From a virus, in the UHGV virus genome UHGV-0109415: DNA of 29,874 nt, one strand, 5' to 3'. Every line of letters begins with the position of its first letter. Position 1 is the first letter of the stretch. The notes beneath the pieces were generated by a model. It was not told where the DNA came from. It made no database searches and saw only the letters and a list, made by a program, of their open reading frames with translations. Of the stretch, positions 7,792 to 17,226 are shown piece by piece. A program made the translations under genes and the position numbers.

Positions 7792-7810
7792 GGCGAGGCG
7801 GGGAAAGCAC
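7792..7810. other. cos site: 19-nt cohesive-end sequence GGCGAGGCGGGGAAAGCAC
   Basis: Exact match to the P2 cohesive-end sequence as I remember it, in the expected place just upstream of Q, with a conserved-looking GC-rich flank. Confidence 0.75.
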
Positions 7811-7952
7811 TGCGCGCTGGCGGTGGTGCTGATTTTATTTTTTCAGCGTCTGAGCGCGTCTTGATGGCGTTTAGATTGTGCGCCGGGGCGTTGGTGTGTC
7901 TGCGGGGTGTTTTGTGCGGTGGTGAGCGTGTGAGGGCGTGATGACGGGGTGT

Positions 7953-7974
7953 AAAAAAGCCGCCCGCAGGCGGC
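7953..7974 (-). terminator. Intrinsic terminator after Q on the minus strand
   Basis: Palindrome GCCGCCCGCAGGCGGC (7959-7974) with an A6 run on the + strand (T6 on the minus strand after the hairpin), 5 bp beyond the Q stop. Confidence 0.6.
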
Positions 7975-7979
7975 GATGT

Positions 7980-9014
7980 TCAGCCGTTGTCAGTGTCCAG
8001 TGAGTAGTTTTTAAAGCGGATGACCTCCTGGCCGAGCCAGCCGTTTATTTCCCGAATCCTGTCCTGTAACGGGATAAGTTCATTGCGGACAAAGACCTTT
8101 GCCACTTTCTCAATATCACCCAGCGACCCGACGTTCTCCGGCTTGCCGCCCATCAACTGAAAGGGGATGCGGTGCGCGTCCAGCAGGTCAGCGGCGCTGG
8201 CTTTTTTGATATTAAAAAAATCGTCCTTCGTTGCCACTTCACTGAGCGGGATAATTTTAATGCCGTCGGCTTTCCCCTGCGGGGCATAGAGAAACAGATT
8301 TTTAAAGTTGTTGCGGCCTTTCGACTTGACCATGTTTTCGCGAAGCATTTCGATATCGTTGCGATCCTGCACGGCATCAGTGACGTACATGATGTATCCG
8401 GCATGTGCGCCATTTTCGTAATACTTGCGGCGGAACAGCGTGGCCGACTCATTCAGCCAGGCAGAGTTAAGGGCGCTGAGATATTCCGGCAGGCCGTACA
8501 GCTCCTGATTAATATCCGGCTCCAGCAGGTGAAACACGGAGCCGGGCGCGAAGGCTGTCGGCTCGTTGAAGGACGGCACCCACCAGTAAACATCCTCTTC
8601 CACACCACGGCGGGTATATTTTGCCGGTGAGGTTTCCAGCCTGATAACTTTACCGGTGGTGCTGTAACGCTTTTCCAGAAATGCATTACCAAATACCAGA
8701 AAATCCAGCACAAAGCGGCTGAAATCCTGCTGGGAAAGCCATGGATGCGGGATAAATGTCGAGGCCAGAATATTACGTTTGACGTAAATCGGTGAACTGT
8801 GATGCACGGCAGCACGCAGGCTTTTTGCCAGACCGGTAAAGCTGACCGGCGGCTCATACCATCTGCCGTTACTGATGCATTCGACGTAATCCAGAATGTC
8901 ACGGCGGTCGAGCACCGGCACCGGCTCACCAAAGGTGAATGCCTCCATTTTCGGGGCGCTGGCGGTCATTTTTTTTGCCGCAGGTTGCGGTGTTTTCCCT
9001 TTTTTCTTGCTCAT
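7980..9014 (-). CDS. Q: Portal protein
   Basis: 344-aa ORF, same length as P2 gpQ; first gene next to cos, overlapping P start. Confidence 0.85.
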   Translation of the reverse strand: MSKKKGKTPQPAAKKMTASAPKMEAFTFGEPVPVLDRRDILDYVECISNGRWYEPPVSFTGLAKSLRAAVHHSSPIYVKRNILASTFIPHPWLSQQDFSRFVLDFLVFGNAFLEKRYSTTGKVIRLETSPAKYTRRGVEEDVYWWVPSFNEPTAFAPGSVFHLLEPDINQELYGLPEYLSALNSAWLNESATLFRRKYYENGAHAGYIMYVTDAVQDRNDIEMLRENMVKSKGRNNFKNLFLYAPQGKADGIKIIPLSEVATKDDFFNIKKASAADLLDAHRIPFQLMGGKPENVGSLGDIEKVAKVFVRNELIPLQDRIREINGWLGQEVIRFKNYSLDTDNG

Positions 9015-10786
9015 CAGTAAAACTCCAGAATGGTGGATGTCAGCGGGGTGCTGATACCGGCGGTGAGTGGCTCATTTAACAGGGCGTGCATGGTCGCCCA
9101 GGCGAGGTCGGCGTGGCTGGCTTCCTCGCTGCGGCTGGCCTCATAGGTGGCGCTGCGTCCGCTGCTGGTCATGGTCTTGCGGATAGCCATAAACGAGCTG
9201 GTGATGTCGGTGGCGCTGACGTCATATTCCAGACAGCCACGGCGGATAACGTCTTTTGCCTTGAGCACCATTGCGGTTTTCATTTCCGGTGTGTAGCGGA
9301 TATCGCGCGCGGCGGGATAGAACGAGCGCACGAGCTGGAACACGCCGACACCGAGGCCGGTGGCATCAATACCGATGTATTCGACGTTGTATTTCTCGGT
9401 GAGTTTGCGGATGGATTCCGCCTGGGTGGCAAAGTCCATGCCTTTCCACTGGTGACGCTCAAGTATTCTGAATTTCCCACCGGCCACCACCGGCGGTGCC
9501 AGTACCACGCATCCGGCGCTGTCGCCACGGTGTGACGGGTCGTAACCAATCCATACCGGACGTGAGCCGAACGGATTTGCGGCAAACGGCGCATAGTCTT
9601 CCCATTCTTCCAGCGTGTCGACCATGCAGCGTTGCAGCTCCTCGAACGGGAACACCGACGCCTTGTCGTCAACAAATTCACACATGAACAGGTTTTTAAA
9701 ATCGTCGGCGCTGTTTTCACGTTTGAGCTGCTCAATGTCGAACAGCGTGCAGCCGCCTTTCAGGGCATCCTCAATGGTGACAATCTGCCGCCACTGGCCG
9801 TCCGCACAGAGAAGACCTCCGGCAAGGGCGTTATGACTGATGTCGATTTCCACGCGTTCGGCGGCGCTGGCGCGTCCCCGGTTGAACAGTTCACCCGACC
9901 AGAACGGGTAGGCGTCGTGCGCCAGCGTGGACGGGGTGGAGAAATAGGTCGAGCGCAGGTGACTCTGTGAGGCCATACCTGATGCCACCTTACGCAGTAC
10001 CTGAAAATTCGGGATCCAGAAAATCTCGTCGACGTACAGGTCGCCGTTATGGCTCTGTGCGGTGTTGGAGTTGGTGCCGAGAAAAATCAGTTTTGCGCCG
10101 TTATTGCCCAGGACAATCGGGTCACCGGTCAGGTCAACGTCAACCAGACGGGCAAAGGCGATGATGTATTCGCGGAACACATACGCCTGCGTTTTACTGG
10201 CCGACAGAAAAATCTGGTTATGACCGGTTTTCAGGGCGCGCAGCAGCGCCTCGCGGGAAAAATAAAACGTCGCGCCAATCTGGCGGGATTTCAGGATATC
10301 GCGGACGCGGTGCTCAAGCCCGGCGCGATACCAGTGCAACTGATAGTCGAAAGACTGCTCAAAGAAAATCTGCTCCAGCTTTTCGATGGCCTCGTCACTG
10401 AAAAAATTCTTTTTCGGTTTGCGACGCCCGCCTTTGTTGCGGTTAGCGACGTTCGGATTAAGGTCTGCCTCGTTGCCGGTCTGGCTGTAGCGGTTTACCC
10501 GTGCCAGTCGTTCAATCTGGCGTCCGAGCAGGTCAATTTCCTTGAAGTCACCGCCGGTTTTCTGCGGTTTGATGATGAGCTGGGTCAGTCGCGCTTCCAG
10601 ACTCATTTCGACACGGCTGATGGGGGCAACGTTGTCCCAGCCGTCGCGCTGTTTCCAGCTCTGCACCGTCGGGCGTTTCATCTGCAACATGGCGGCAATC
10701 TGCGGCACGGAAAACCCCTGCCAGTACAGCAGCGCCGCCTGACGACGCGGGTCGTGTAAAAGAGTGGTGTCTGTGGTGATGGTCAT
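9014..10786 (-). CDS. P: Terminase large subunit (ATPase)
   Basis: 590 aa from the Met with a GAGG ribosome-binding site (ORF track extends 10 codons further to 10816); same length as P2 gpP; divergent from O. Confidence 0.85.
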   Translation of the reverse strand: MTITTDTTLLHDPRRQAALLYWQGFSVPQIAAMLQMKRPTVQSWKQRDGWDNVAPISRVEMSLEARLTQLIIKPQKTGGDFKEIDLLGRQIERLARVNRYSQTGNEADLNPNVANRNKGGRRKPKKNFFSDEAIEKLEQIFFEQSFDYQLHWYRAGLEHRVRDILKSRQIGATFYFSREALLRALKTGHNQIFLSASKTQAYVFREYIIAFARLVDVDLTGDPIVLGNNGAKLIFLGTNSNTAQSHNGDLYVDEIFWIPNFQVLRKVASGMASQSHLRSTYFSTPSTLAHDAYPFWSGELFNRGRASAAERVEIDISHNALAGGLLCADGQWRQIVTIEDALKGGCTLFDIEQLKRENSADDFKNLFMCEFVDDKASVFPFEELQRCMVDTLEEWEDYAPFAANPFGSRPVWIGYDPSHRGDSAGCVVLAPPVVAGGKFRILERHQWKGMDFATQAESIRKLTEKYNVEYIGIDATGLGVGVFQLVRSFYPAARDIRYTPEMKTAMVLKAKDVIRRGCLEYDVSATDITSSFMAIRKTMTSSGRSATYEASRSEEASHADLAWATMHALLNEPLTAGISTPLTSTILEFY

Positions 10787-10959
10787 GAATACCTCGCCGT
10801 GATGAATACACGGCAAGGCTACTGAGTCGCGCCCCGCGATTCGCTAAGGTGCTGTTGTGTCAGTGATAAGCCATCCGGGACTGATGGCGGAGGATGCGCA
10901 TCGTCGGGAAACTGATGCCGACATGTGACTCCTCTAATCACTATTCAGGACTCCTGACA

Positions 10960-11814
10960 ATGGCAAAAAAAGTCTCAAAATTCTTTCGTATCGGCGTTGA
11001 GGGTGACACCTGTGACGGGCGTGTCATCAGTGCGCAGGATATTCAGGAAATGGCCGAAACCTTTGACCCGCGCGTCTATGGTTGCCGCATTAACCTGGAA
11101 CATCTGCGCGGCATCCTGCCTGACGGTATTTTTAAACGTTATGGCGATGTGGCCGAACTGAAGGCCGAAAAGATTGACGATGATTCGGCGCTGAAAGGCA
11201 AATGGGCGCTGTTTGCGAAAATCACCCCGACCGATGACCTTATCGCGATGAACAAGGCCGCGCAGAAGGTCTATACCTCAATGGAAATTCAGCCGAACTT
11301 TGCCAATACCGGCAAATGTTATCTGGTGGGTCTGGCCGTTACCGATGACCCGGCAAGCCTCGGCACGGAATACCTGGAATTCTGCCGCACGGCAAAACAC
11401 AACCCTCTGAACCGCTTCAAATTAAGCCCTGAAAACCTGATTTCAGTGGCAACGCCTGCTGAGCTGGAATTTGAAGACCTGCCTGAAACCGTGTTCACAG
11501 CCCTGACCGAAAAGGTGAAATCCATTTTTGGCCGCAAACAGGCCAGCGATGACGCCCGTCTGAATGACGTGCATGAAGCGGTGACCGCTGTCGCTGAGCA
11601 TGTGCAGGAAAAACTGAGCGCCACTGAGCAGCGCCTTGCTGAGATGGAAACCGCCTTTTCCGCACTTAAGCAGGATGTGACTGACAGGGCGGATGAAACC
11701 AGCCAGGCATTCACCCGCCTGAAAAACAGCCTCGACCACACCGAAAGTCTGACCCAGCAGCGCCGCAGCAAGGCCACCGGCGGTGGCGGTGATGCCCTGA
11801 TGACGAACTGCTGA
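10960..11814 (+). CDS. O: Capsid scaffolding protein
   Basis: 284 aa from ATG 10960 (MAKKVSKF...); upstream ATG 10894 has its Shine-Dalgarno directly abutting, so is unlikely. Coiled-coil-like C-terminal half. Confidence 0.85.
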   Translation: MAKKVSKFFRIGVEGDTCDGRVISAQDIQEMAETFDPRVYGCRINLEHLRGILPDGIFKRYGDVAELKAEKIDDDSALKGKWALFAKITPTDDLIAMNKAAQKVYTSMEIQPNFANTGKCYLVGLAVTDDPASLGTEYLEFCRTAKHNPLNRFKLSPENLISVATPAELEFEDLPETVFTALTEKVKSIFGRKQASDDARLNDVHEAVTAVAEHVQEKLSATEQRLAEMETAFSALKQDVTDRADETSQAFTRLKNSLDHTESLTQQRRSKATGGGGDALMTNC

Positions 11815-11872
11815 CCGTCGTCAGTCAGTCCGGGAAAACCTTCACGATTAACCCTTAATTTCAGGAAAAACT

Positions 11873-12946
11873 ATGCGCCAGGAAACCCGCTTTAAATTTA
11901 ATGCCTACCTGTCCCGTGTTGCCGAACTGAACGGCATCGACGCCGGTGATGTGTCGAAAAAATTCACCGTTGAACCGTCGGTCACCCAGACCCTGATGAA
12001 CACCATGCAGGAGTCCTCTGACTTTCTGACCCGCATCAACATTGTGCCGGTCAGCGAAATGAAAGGGGAAAAAATTGGTATCGGTGTCACCGGCTCCATC
12101 GCCAGCACCACCGACACCGCCGGTGGCACCGAGCGTCAGCCGAAGGACTTCTCGAAGCTGGCGTCAAACAAGTACGAATGCGACCAGATTAACTTCGATT
12201 TTTATATCCGCTACAAAACGCTTGACCTGTGGGCGCGTTATCAGGATTTCCAGCTCCGTGTCCGTAACGCCATTATCAAACGCCAGTCCCTTGATTTAAT
12301 CATGGCCGGTTTTAACGGCGTGAGGCGTGCCGAAACCTCTGACCGCAGCAGTAATCCGATGCTACAGGATGTGGCGGTCGGCTGGCTGCAGAAATACCGC
12401 AATGAAGCACCGGCGCGCGTGATGAGCAAGGTCACTGACGAGGAAGGGCACACCACCTCTGAGGTTATCCGCGTGGGTAAGGGCGGTGATTATGCCAGCC
12501 TTGACGCACTGGTGATGGATGCGACCAACAACCTGATTGAGCCGTGGTATCAGGAAGACCCTGACCTTGTGGTGATTGTGGGACGTCAGCTACTGGCGGA
12601 CAAGTATTTTCCCATCGTCAACAAGGAGCAGGACAACAGCGAAATGCTGGCCGCTGACGTCATCATCAGCCAGAAACGCATCGGTAACCTGCCGGCGGTA
12701 CGCGTCCCGTACTTCCCGGCGGATGCGATGCTCATCACAAAGCTGGAAAACCTGTCCATCTACTACATGGATGACAGCCATCGCCGCGTGATTGAGGAAA
12801 ACCCGAAACTCGACCGCGTGGAGAACTACGAGTCAATGAACATTGATTACGTGGTGGAAGACTACGCCGCCGGTTGTCTGGTGGAAAAAATTAAGGTCGG
12901 TGATTTCTCCACACTGGCTAAAGCGACCGCAGAGCCGGGAGCGTAA
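11873..12946 (+). CDS. N: Major capsid protein
   Basis: 357-aa ORF, P2 gpN length, following O. Confidence 0.85.
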   Translation: MRQETRFKFNAYLSRVAELNGIDAGDVSKKFTVEPSVTQTLMNTMQESSDFLTRINIVPVSEMKGEKIGIGVTGSIASTTDTAGGTERQPKDFSKLASNKYECDQINFDFYIRYKTLDLWARYQDFQLRVRNAIIKRQSLDLIMAGFNGVRRAETSDRSSNPMLQDVAVGWLQKYRNEAPARVMSKVTDEEGHTTSEVIRVGKGGDYASLDALVMDATNNLIEPWYQEDPDLVVIVGRQLLADKYFPIVNKEQDNSEMLAADVIISQKRIGNLPAVRVPYFPADAMLITKLENLSIYYMDDSHRRVIEENPKLDRVENYESMNIDYVVEDYAAGCLVEKIKVGDFSTLAKATAEPGA

Positions 12947-12949
12947 CCG

Positions 12950-13693
12950 ATGACGAGTCCCGCACAGCGCCACATGATGCGGGTCTCGGCAGCGATGACC
13001 GCGCAGCGGGAAGCCGCCCCGCTGCGACATGCAACTGTCTATGAGCAGATGCTGGTTAAGCTCGCCGCAGACCAGCGCACACTGAAAGCGATTTATTCAA
13101 AAGAGCTGAAGGCCGCGAAAAAACGCGAACTGCTGCCGTTCTGGTTGCCGTGGGTGAATGGCGTGCTGGAGCAGGGCAAAGGTGCACAGGATGACATTCT
13201 GATGACGGTCATGCTGTGGCGTCTGGATACCGGCGATATTGCCGGTGCGCTGGAGATTGCCCGTTATGCCCTGAAGTACGGTCTGACCATGCCGGGTAAA
13301 CACCGCCGCACCCCGCCGTACATGTTCACCGAGGAGGTGGCGCTCGCGGCCATGCGCGCTCACGCTGTCGGTGAGTCTGTGGATACCCGCCTGCTGACGG
13401 AGACCCTTGAACTGACCGCCACGGCTGACATGCCTGATGAAGTGCGCGCAAAGCTGCACAAAATCACCGGTCTGTTTCTGCGTGACGGTGGTGATGCCGC
13501 CGGTGCGCTGGCTCACCTGCAACGTGCGACACAGCTCGACTGTCAGGCAGGCGTCAAAAAAGAGATTGAACGACTGAAGCGGGAGCTGAAACCGAAGCCG
13601 GAGCCGCAGCCCAAAGCGGCCACCCGCGCCCCGCGTAAGACCCGGAGCGTGACACCGGCAAAACGTGGACGCCCGAAAAAGAAAGCCAGTTAA
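12950..13693 (+). CDS. M: Terminase small subunit / endonuclease subunit
   Basis: 247-aa ORF, P2 gpM length, with basic C-terminal tail (KRGRPKKKAS). Confidence 0.85.
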   Translation: MTSPAQRHMMRVSAAMTAQREAAPLRHATVYEQMLVKLAADQRTLKAIYSKELKAAKKRELLPFWLPWVNGVLEQGKGAQDDILMTVMLWRLDTGDIAGALEIARYALKYGLTMPGKHRRTPPYMFTEEVALAAMRAHAVGESVDTRLLTETLELTATADMPDEVRAKLHKITGLFLRDGGDAAGALAHLQRATQLDCQAGVKKEIERLKRELKPKPEPQPKAATRAPRKTRSVTPAKRGRPKKKAS

Positions 13694-13792
13694 CAACCGA
13701 ATGCGCCCCGCGCCAGGGCGGCACGCCGGTCAGTGAGGGTGAATCACCTGACACTGCACCGGCGTCCACCGCCCGACTTTTCAGAGGTAGTC

Positions 13793-14302
13793 ATGATGAC
13801 GCTGATTATTCCGCGAAAGGAGGCTCCCGTGTCCGGTGAGGGTACGGTGGTCATCCCGCAACCGGCAGGCGACGAGCCGGTGATTAAAAACACGTTCTTT
13901 TTCCCCGATATCGAACCGAAGCGCGTCCGGGAACGTATGCGCCTTGAGCAGACCGTCGCCCCCGCTCGTCTGCGTGAGGCCATCAAGTCAGGCATGGCGG
14001 AGACGAATGCGGAGCTGTACGAGTACCGCGAACAGAAAATTGCCGCCGGTTTTACGCGTCTGGCGGACGTCCCGGCGGACGACATCGACGGTGAAAGCAT
14101 CAAGGTTTTTTACTACGAGCGCGCCGTGTGTGCGATGGCGACCGCGTCGCTTTATGAGCGTTATCGCGGCGTGGATGCCAGTGCGAAAGGCGACAAAAAG
14201 GCCGACAGCATAGACAGCACCATTGATGAGCTGTGGCGGGATATGCGCTGGGCGGTGGCGCGTATCCAGGACAAGCCGCGCTGCATCGTGAGTCAAATCT
14301 GA
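13793..14302 (+). CDS. L: Head completion / stabilisation protein
   Basis: 169 aa from ATG 13793 with GAGGT ribosome-binding site (the ORF-track start at 13733 is GTG); P2 gpL length. Confidence 0.8.
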   Translation: MMTLIIPRKEAPVSGEGTVVIPQPAGDEPVIKNTFFFPDIEPKRVRERMRLEQTVAPARLREAIKSGMAETNAELYEYREQKIAAGFTRLADVPADDIDGESIKVFYYERAVCAMATASLYERYRGVDASAKGDKKADSIDSTIDELWRDMRWAVARIQDKPRCIVSQI

Positions 14303-14505
14303 TGAAGACCTTTGCGCTACAGGGCGACACGCTCGACGCCATTTGTGTCCGGTATTACGGGCGCACTGAGGGCGTGGTTGAGACCGTGCTCGCCGCAAAT
14401 CCGGGACTGGCTGAACTGGGTGCGGTGCTGCCACACGGCACCGCCGTCGAACTGCCCGACGTTCAGACCGCGCCCGTGGCTGAAACTGTCAATCTGTGGG
14501 AGTAA
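14302..14505 (+). CDS. X: Tail protein X (LysM-like)
   Basis: 67 aa from ATG 14302 overlapping the L stop; P2 gpX length. Confidence 0.8.
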   Translation: MKTFALQGDTLDAICVRYYGRTEGVVETVLAANPGLAELGAVLPHGTAVELPDVQTAPVAETVNLWE

Positions 14506-14508
14506 CGC

Positions 14509-14790
14509 ATGACAGCAGAAGAAAAAAGCGTCCTGTCGCTTTTCATGATTGGGGTGCTGATTGTTGTCGGCAAGGTGCTTGCCGGTGGTGAACCCATCAC
14601 CCCGCGTCTGTTTATCGGGCGCATGTTGCTCGGTGGTTTTGTCTCGATGGTTGCCGGTGTTGTTCTGGTGCAGTTTCCTGACCTGTCACTGCCTGCAGTG
14701 TGCGGTATCGGCTCCATGCTGGGTATCGCCGGTTATCAGGTGATTGAGATTGCCATTCAGCGCCGTTTTAAGGGCAGGGGGAAACCGTAA
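14509..14790 (+). CDS. Y: Holin
   Basis: 93-aa ORF with hydrophobic transmembrane segments and a charged C-terminus; first gene of the lysis cassette. Confidence 0.8.
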   Translation: MTAEEKSVLSLFMIGVLIVVGKVLAGGEPITPRLFIGRMLLGGFVSMVAGVVLVQFPDLSLPAVCGIGSMLGIAGYQVIEIAIQRRFKGRGKP

Positions 14791-15287
14791 TGCCGGTAAT
14801 TAACACGCATCAGAATATCGCGGCCTTTCTCGACATGCTGGCCGTGTCCGAAGGGACGGCGAATCATCCGCTGACGAAAAACCGGGGCTATGACGTGATA
14901 GTCACCGGACTGGACGGGAAGCCGGAAATTTTCACTGACTACAGTGACCACCCGTTCGCGCATGGCCGACCGGCGAAGGTGTTTAACCGTCGCGGTGAAA
15001 AATCCACGGCCTCCGGTCGCTATCAGCAGCTTTACCTGTTCTGGCCGCACTACCGTAAACAGCTTGCCCTGCCTGATTTCAGCCCGTTGTCACAGGACAG
15101 ACTCGCCATTCAGTTGATCCGCGAACGCGGTGCACTGGATGACATCCGGGCGGGACGCATTGAGCGCGCCATTTCACGCTGTCGCAATATCTGGGCGTCC
15201 CTGCCGGGTGCCGGTTACGGTCAGCGTGAGCATTCACTGGAAAAACTGGTCACCGTCTGGCGTACCGCTGGCGGCGTACCGGCTTAA
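14790..15287 (+). CDS. K: Endolysin (lambda R-like lytic transglycosylase family)
   Basis: 165-aa ORF containing the AVSEGT catalytic-region signature; follows the holin. Confidence 0.85.
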   Translation: MPVINTHQNIAAFLDMLAVSEGTANHPLTKNRGYDVIVTGLDGKPEIFTDYSDHPFAHGRPAKVFNRRGEKSTASGRYQQLYLFWPHYRKQLALPDFSPLSQDRLAIQLIRERGALDDIRAGRIERAISRCRNIWASLPGAGYGQREHSLEKLVTVWRTAGGVPA

Positions 15288-15301
15288 ACGGAGTAAACAC
15301 C

Positions 15302-15727
15302 ATGAAGAAATTATCCCTTTCACTGATGCTGAACGTGTCGCTGGCGCTGATGCTGGCACTGTCCCTGATTTACCCGCAGAGCGTGGCCGTCAATTTTGTC
15401 GCCGCCTGGGCGATTCTGGCGACGGTTATCTGTGTGGTTGCCGGTGGTGTCGGCGTGTATGCCACTGAGTATGTGCTGGAACGCTACGGGCGGGAGCTGC
15501 CGCCGGAATCGCTGGCCGTGAAGATTGTCACGTCGCTGTTTTTGCAGCCGGTGCCGTGGCGCAGACGGGCAGTAGCTCTGGTGGTGATGGTGGCGACATT
15601 TATCTCGCTGGTCGCTGCCGGGTGGATTTTTACCGCGCTGATTTATCTCGTGGCATCGGTGTTCTTCCGGCTGATACGTACGGCCTGCCGTCAGCGTTTT
15701 GAGGGGCGGGAACCATGTCGAGGCTGA
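15302..15727 (+). CDS. lysA: Lysis-timing membrane protein LysA
   Basis: 141-aa strongly hydrophobic multi-span ORF after the endolysin, as in P2. Confidence 0.7.
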   Translation: MKKLSLSLMLNVSLALMLALSLIYPQSVAVNFVAAWAILATVICVVAGGVGVYATEYVLERYGRELPPESLAVKIVTSLFLQPVPWRRRAVALVVMVATFISLVAAGWIFTALIYLVASVFFRLIRTACRQRFEGREPCRG

Positions 15728-16140
15728 TGATTGTGCTGGTCGTGTTGTTATCGCTGGCGGTGGCGGGTCTGTTTCTGGCGAAGCATAAAAACGCCAGCCT
15801 GCGCACCTCACTGGACAGGGCAAACAACGTAGCCAGCGAGCAACAGGCGACCATCACCATGCTGAAAAATCAGCTTCATGTTGCGCTCACCAGGGCAGAC
15901 AAAAACGAGCTGGCGCAGGTGGCACTGCGTCAGGAACTGGAAAACGCCGCGAAGCGTGAAGCTCAGCGCGAGAAAACCATCACGAGATTACTCAATGAAA
16001 ACGAAGATTTCCGCCGCTGGTATGGCGCTGACCTGCCTGATGCTGTGCGCCGGTTGCACCAGCGCCCCACCTGCACCGACGCCAGTGATTGTCCACAACG
16101 CCTGCCCGAAAGTGAGTCTTTGCCCGATGCCGGGCAGTGA
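15715..16140 (+). CDS. lysB: Inner-membrane spanin (Rz-like) LysB
   Basis: 141-aa ORF with N-terminal transmembrane segment and coiled-coil periplasmic part. Confidence 0.75.
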   Translation: MSRLMIVLVVLLSLAVAGLFLAKHKNASLRTSLDRANNVASEQQATITMLKNQLHVALTRADKNELAQVALRQELENAAKREAQREKTITRLLNENEDFRRWYGADLPDAVRRLHQRPTCTDASDCPQRLPESESLPDAGQ

Positions 16141-16285
16141 CCCGCAGACGAACGGCGATTTAAGTGCCGATATCCGGCAGCTTGAGAACGCGCTGGCACG
16201 CTGTGCCAGCCAGGTAAAAATGATTAAACACTGTCAGGACGAAAACGATGCTCAAACCCGACAGCCTGCGCAGGGCGCTGACTGA
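15995..16285 (+). CDS. lysC: Outer-membrane lipoprotein spanin (Rz1-like) LysC, starting inside lysB in the +1 frame
   Basis: 96 aa from ATG 15995 with lipoprotein signal (MKTKISAAGMALTCLMLCAGC) and proline-rich mature part; extends past the lysB stop. Confidence 0.7.
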   Translation: MKTKISAAGMALTCLMLCAGCTSAPPAPTPVIVHNACPKVSLCPMPGSDPQTNGDLSADIRQLENALARCASQVKMIKHCQDENDAQTRQPAQGAD

Positions 16286-16715
16286 TGCCGTCACGGTGCT
16301 GAAAACAAGCCCCGAGATGCTGCGGATATTCGTGGATAACGGGAGTATTGCCTCCACACTGGCGACGTCGCTGTCATTCGAAAAGCGTTACACGCTCAAT
16401 GTCATTGTGACCGATTTTACCGGTGATTTTGACCTGCTCATCGTGCCGGTGCTGGCGTGGCTGCGGGAAAATCAGCCCGACATCATGACCACCGACGAAG
16501 GCCAGAAAAAAGGTTTCACGTTTTATGCAGACATCAACAATGACAGCAGCTTTGATATCAGCATTAGCCTGATGCTGACCGAGCGCACGCTGGTCAGTGA
16601 GGTGGACGGCGCGCTGCATGTGAAGAATATCCCGGAACCTCCGCCGCCGGAGCCGGTCATCCGCCCGATGGAGCTGTATATCAATCGCGAACTGGTGAGC
16701 AAGTGGGATGAATGA
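16248..16715 (+). CDS. R: Tail completion protein R
   Basis: 155-aa ORF, P2 gpR length and position. Confidence 0.8.
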   Translation: MLKPDSLRRALTDAVTVLKTSPEMLRIFVDNGSIASTLATSLSFEKRYTLNVIVTDFTGDFDLLIVPVLAWLRENQPDIMTTDEGQKKGFTFYADINNDSSFDISISLMLTERTLVSEVDGALHVKNIPEPPPPEPVIRPMELYINRELVSKWDE

Positions 16716-17160
16716 GTTTAAGCGTTTTGAAGACCGGCTGACCGGACTGATTGAGTCGCTGTCACCGTCAGGGCGTCGGCGACTGAGTGCCGAACTGGCG
16801 AAACGTCTGCGGCAGAGTCAGCAGCGTCGGGTGATGGCTCAGAAAGCCCCGGACGGCACACCCTACGCGCCACGCCAGCAGCAGAGCGCCAGAAAAAAGA
16901 CCGGTCGTGTTAAGCGAAAAATGTTTGCGAAACTTATCACCAGTCGTTTTTTGCATATCCGCGCCAGCCCGGAACAGGCATCAATGGAGTTTTACGGCGG
17001 GAAGTCGCCGAAAATCGCCAGTGTGCATCAGTTCGGTCTGTCGGAAGAAAACCGAAAAGACGGTAAGAAAATTGATTATCCGGCGCGTCCTCTGCTCGGC
17101 TTTACCGGTGAGGATGTGCAGATGATTGAAGAGATTATCCTGGCTCACCTCGACCGTTAG
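16708..17160 (+). CDS. S: Tail completion protein S
   Basis: 150-aa ORF, P2 gpS length, overlapping the R stop. Confidence 0.8.
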   Translation: MNEFKRFEDRLTGLIESLSPSGRRRLSAELAKRLRQSQQRRVMAQKAPDGTPYAPRQQQSARKKTGRVKRKMFAKLITSRFLHIRASPEQASMEFYGGKSPKIASVHQFGLSEENRKDGKKIDYPARPLLGFTGEDVQMIEEIILAHLDR

Positions 17161-17226
17161 TTGTGCCATTCCCGACACCTCATCGTCACATTGCCGCCGG
17201 TATGACCCGGCGGCATCCTTCCCGTT

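Noticed and set aside
8153-8932. Several 99-159-aa ORFs on both strands overlapping the portal gene Q (8153..8452 -, 8172..8630 +, 8453..8932 -)
   Set aside because: They lie fully inside a well-supported 344-aa gene in GC-rich DNA, where long spurious open frames are expected; no independent start signals or recognisable motifs.
9086-10811. Many overlapping ORFs on both strands inside the terminase gene P (for example 9086..9535 +, 9280..9735 -, 10049..10759 +)
   Set aside because: Shadow ORFs of a 590-aa gene whose length and position match P2 gpP; compositionally biased translations (Arg/Ala/Gly-rich) typical of wrong frames.
10894-10959. Upstream ATG start for O giving a 306-aa product
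   Set aside because: The GGAGG sits directly against this ATG with no spacing, whereas ATG 10960 has a properly spaced ribosome-binding site and yields the 284-aa P2-length product.
10817-10959. Attempt to place Ogr-type late-promoter dyads (TGT-N12-ACA) in the P/O divergent region and upstream of V and FI
   Set aside because: Only partial matches found by eye (for example TGT-N12-ACC upstream of V); not enough to annotate specific sites without a proper motif scan.
13097-14434. Large minus-strand ORFs (199, 148, 119 aa) across M, L and X
   Set aside because: Antisense to a contiguous, translationally coupled late operon; GC-rich frame artefacts.
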